Below are positions 62,503 through 64,000 of a DNA stretch of 64,000 nt, piece after piece. This stretch comes from Klebsormidium nitens (lineage: Eukaryota; Plantae; Klebsormidiophyceae), in the NCBI GenBank assembly GCA_000708835.1, contig DF237166.1, positions 73,870 to 137,869 of the forward strand, written 5' to 3'. Under the pieces are notes generated by a model. That model saw nothing but the letters and a program-made list of their open reading frames with translations. It was not told the DNA's origin and did no database searches. The position numbers and the translations under genes were made by a program. Numbering within the stretch: position 1 is the stretch's first letter; every line of letters starts with the position of its first letter.

Positions 62503-63163
62503 NNNNNNNNNNNNNNNNNNNNNNNNNNNNNNNNNNNNNNNNNNNNNNNNNNNNNNNNNNNNNNNNNNNNNNNNNNNNNNNNNNNNNNNNNNNNNNNNNN
62601 NNNNNNNNNNNNNNNNNNNNNNNNNNNNNNNNNNNNNNNNNNNNNNNNNNNNNNNNNNNNNNNNNNNNNNNNNNNNNNNNNNNNNNNNNNNNNNNNNNNN
62701 NNNNNNNNNNNNNNNNNNNNNNNNNNNNNNNNNNNNNNNNNNNNNNNNNNNNNNNNNNNNNNNNNNNNNNNNNNNNNNNNNNNNNNNNNNNNNNNNNNNN
62801 NNNNNNNNNNNNNNNNNNNNNNNNNNNNNNNNNNNNNNNNNNNNNNNNNNNNNNNNNNNNNNNNNNNNNNNNNNNNNNNNNNNNNNNNNNNNNNNNNNNN
62901 NNNNNNNNNNNNNNNNNNNNNNNNNNNNNNNNNNNNNNNNNNNNNNNNNNNNNNNNNNNNNNNNNNNNNNNNNNNNNNNNNNNNNNNNNNNNNNNNNNNN
63001 NNNNNNNNNNNNNNNNNNNNNNNNNNNNNNNNNNNNNNNNNNNNNNNNNNNNNNNNNNNNNNNNNNNNNNNNNNNNNNNNNNNNNNNNNNNNNNNNNNNN
63101 NNNNNNNNNNNNNNNNNNNNNNNNNNNNNNNNNNNNNNNNNNNNNNNNNNNNNNNNNNNNNNN
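62503..63163. other. Assembly gap (661 N)
   Basis: Run of N. Confidence 0.99.
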
Positions 63164-64000
63164 TGGTCATGCATAAGACATGCTTACTATCTCGTAGCTC
63201 TACTTATACTATTGTCGACATGTCCAACAATAATTATTATCGAACATTACTTCGACACTTGCCACGTGTCACGAACGACAGTGGACTTTACTTGCCACAT
63301 GTCACCACGTGACTGCGGACTTAACCCCGTGTGTTAGAGCGGTCAGACTTAACCATAGCTCAAACGTCACATCAGAGCTCTTCGACGTCAACGATGAAAG
63401 AAGAGGCTATCCCTAGCTGATCTAAGCCTAAAGAGGCACTTTGATTCATGAACAGAGCTAGAAGTTTCTGCTTCTTGCTCACTGGGGCTCACAGTATCCG
63501 AAGGCTCAGCCTCGGACCTTGCCCTTGCAGGGTCTGCCGGCGTCGAAGAAGACGCGTCTGTTGCCACTCCCTTCGTTTTGCGATTCCTCGTCTGTGGAGG
63601 CATGCAAAGAGGAGTTTACAACCGGCAATGCTCACTATCAATTGCTGTCTACCTACCGACGCTAACTACGCTACCTGCCCAACTGCCGGCACAACAATTA
63701 TAATGAAGGAAGCGAAAACCCTCGCAACCCACTAGCAAGCAACCCTATGATCACCACTGCCGGCGCACCGTGCAGCGTCAGGCAACCTTTTCCAACACTG
63801 CCGGCACACACCGCAGCGCAAGACAACCCTTTCCACGCAAGCAAGAAACCGTTCTGCCTAAGCTACCCCGCAGAGCAATGCATTGGCTACGCTAATTGCT
63901 ACCCCTCTTGGCAGCAATTGCCAACGGCTCACCTGTGGCTGTATCAATCACAAAACCACGAGACCTGTCACGCCGGCGGTATAGCACCAAGCCAATTCTG

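Noticed and set aside
62230-63312. ORFs of 230-360 aa near the right end
   Set aside because: Artefacts of translating through the 661-N gap.

Overview
Eukaryotic nuclear DNA of green-plant type with many GT-AG introns of about 0.3-1.5 kb; the style suggests a streptophyte alga such as Klebsormidium (inference). Genes reconstructed from splice signals and reading frame: dihydroneopterin aldolase (folB, -), an alpha/beta hydrolase resembling bacterial family members (+), a long coiled-coil protein (-), a complete 12-exon 604-aa ABCE1/RLI (-), an internally duplicated multi-TM protein (+), and two convergent, diverged paralogs of an unrecognised family (+ about 40440-47860, - 50309 to about 59171). 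The paralogs share exon phases, a short N-terminal domain, a long disordered spacer and a conserved ~200-aa C-terminal domain with Cys/His motifs. Mobile DNA: a decayed Ty3/Gypsy-type element (PBS, gag with zinc knuckle, candidate -1 frameshift signal, protease motif, no RT seen), a 309-bp TA-TSD MITE in its LTR, and a 786-bp TG..CA TIR element with a 6-bp TSD. The strongest unexplained pattern is degenerate 'echo' copies of splice junctions or stop regions in the adjacent non-coding DNA of five genes. No rRNA, tRNA or CRISPR seen. All calls are by eye; no searches were run.
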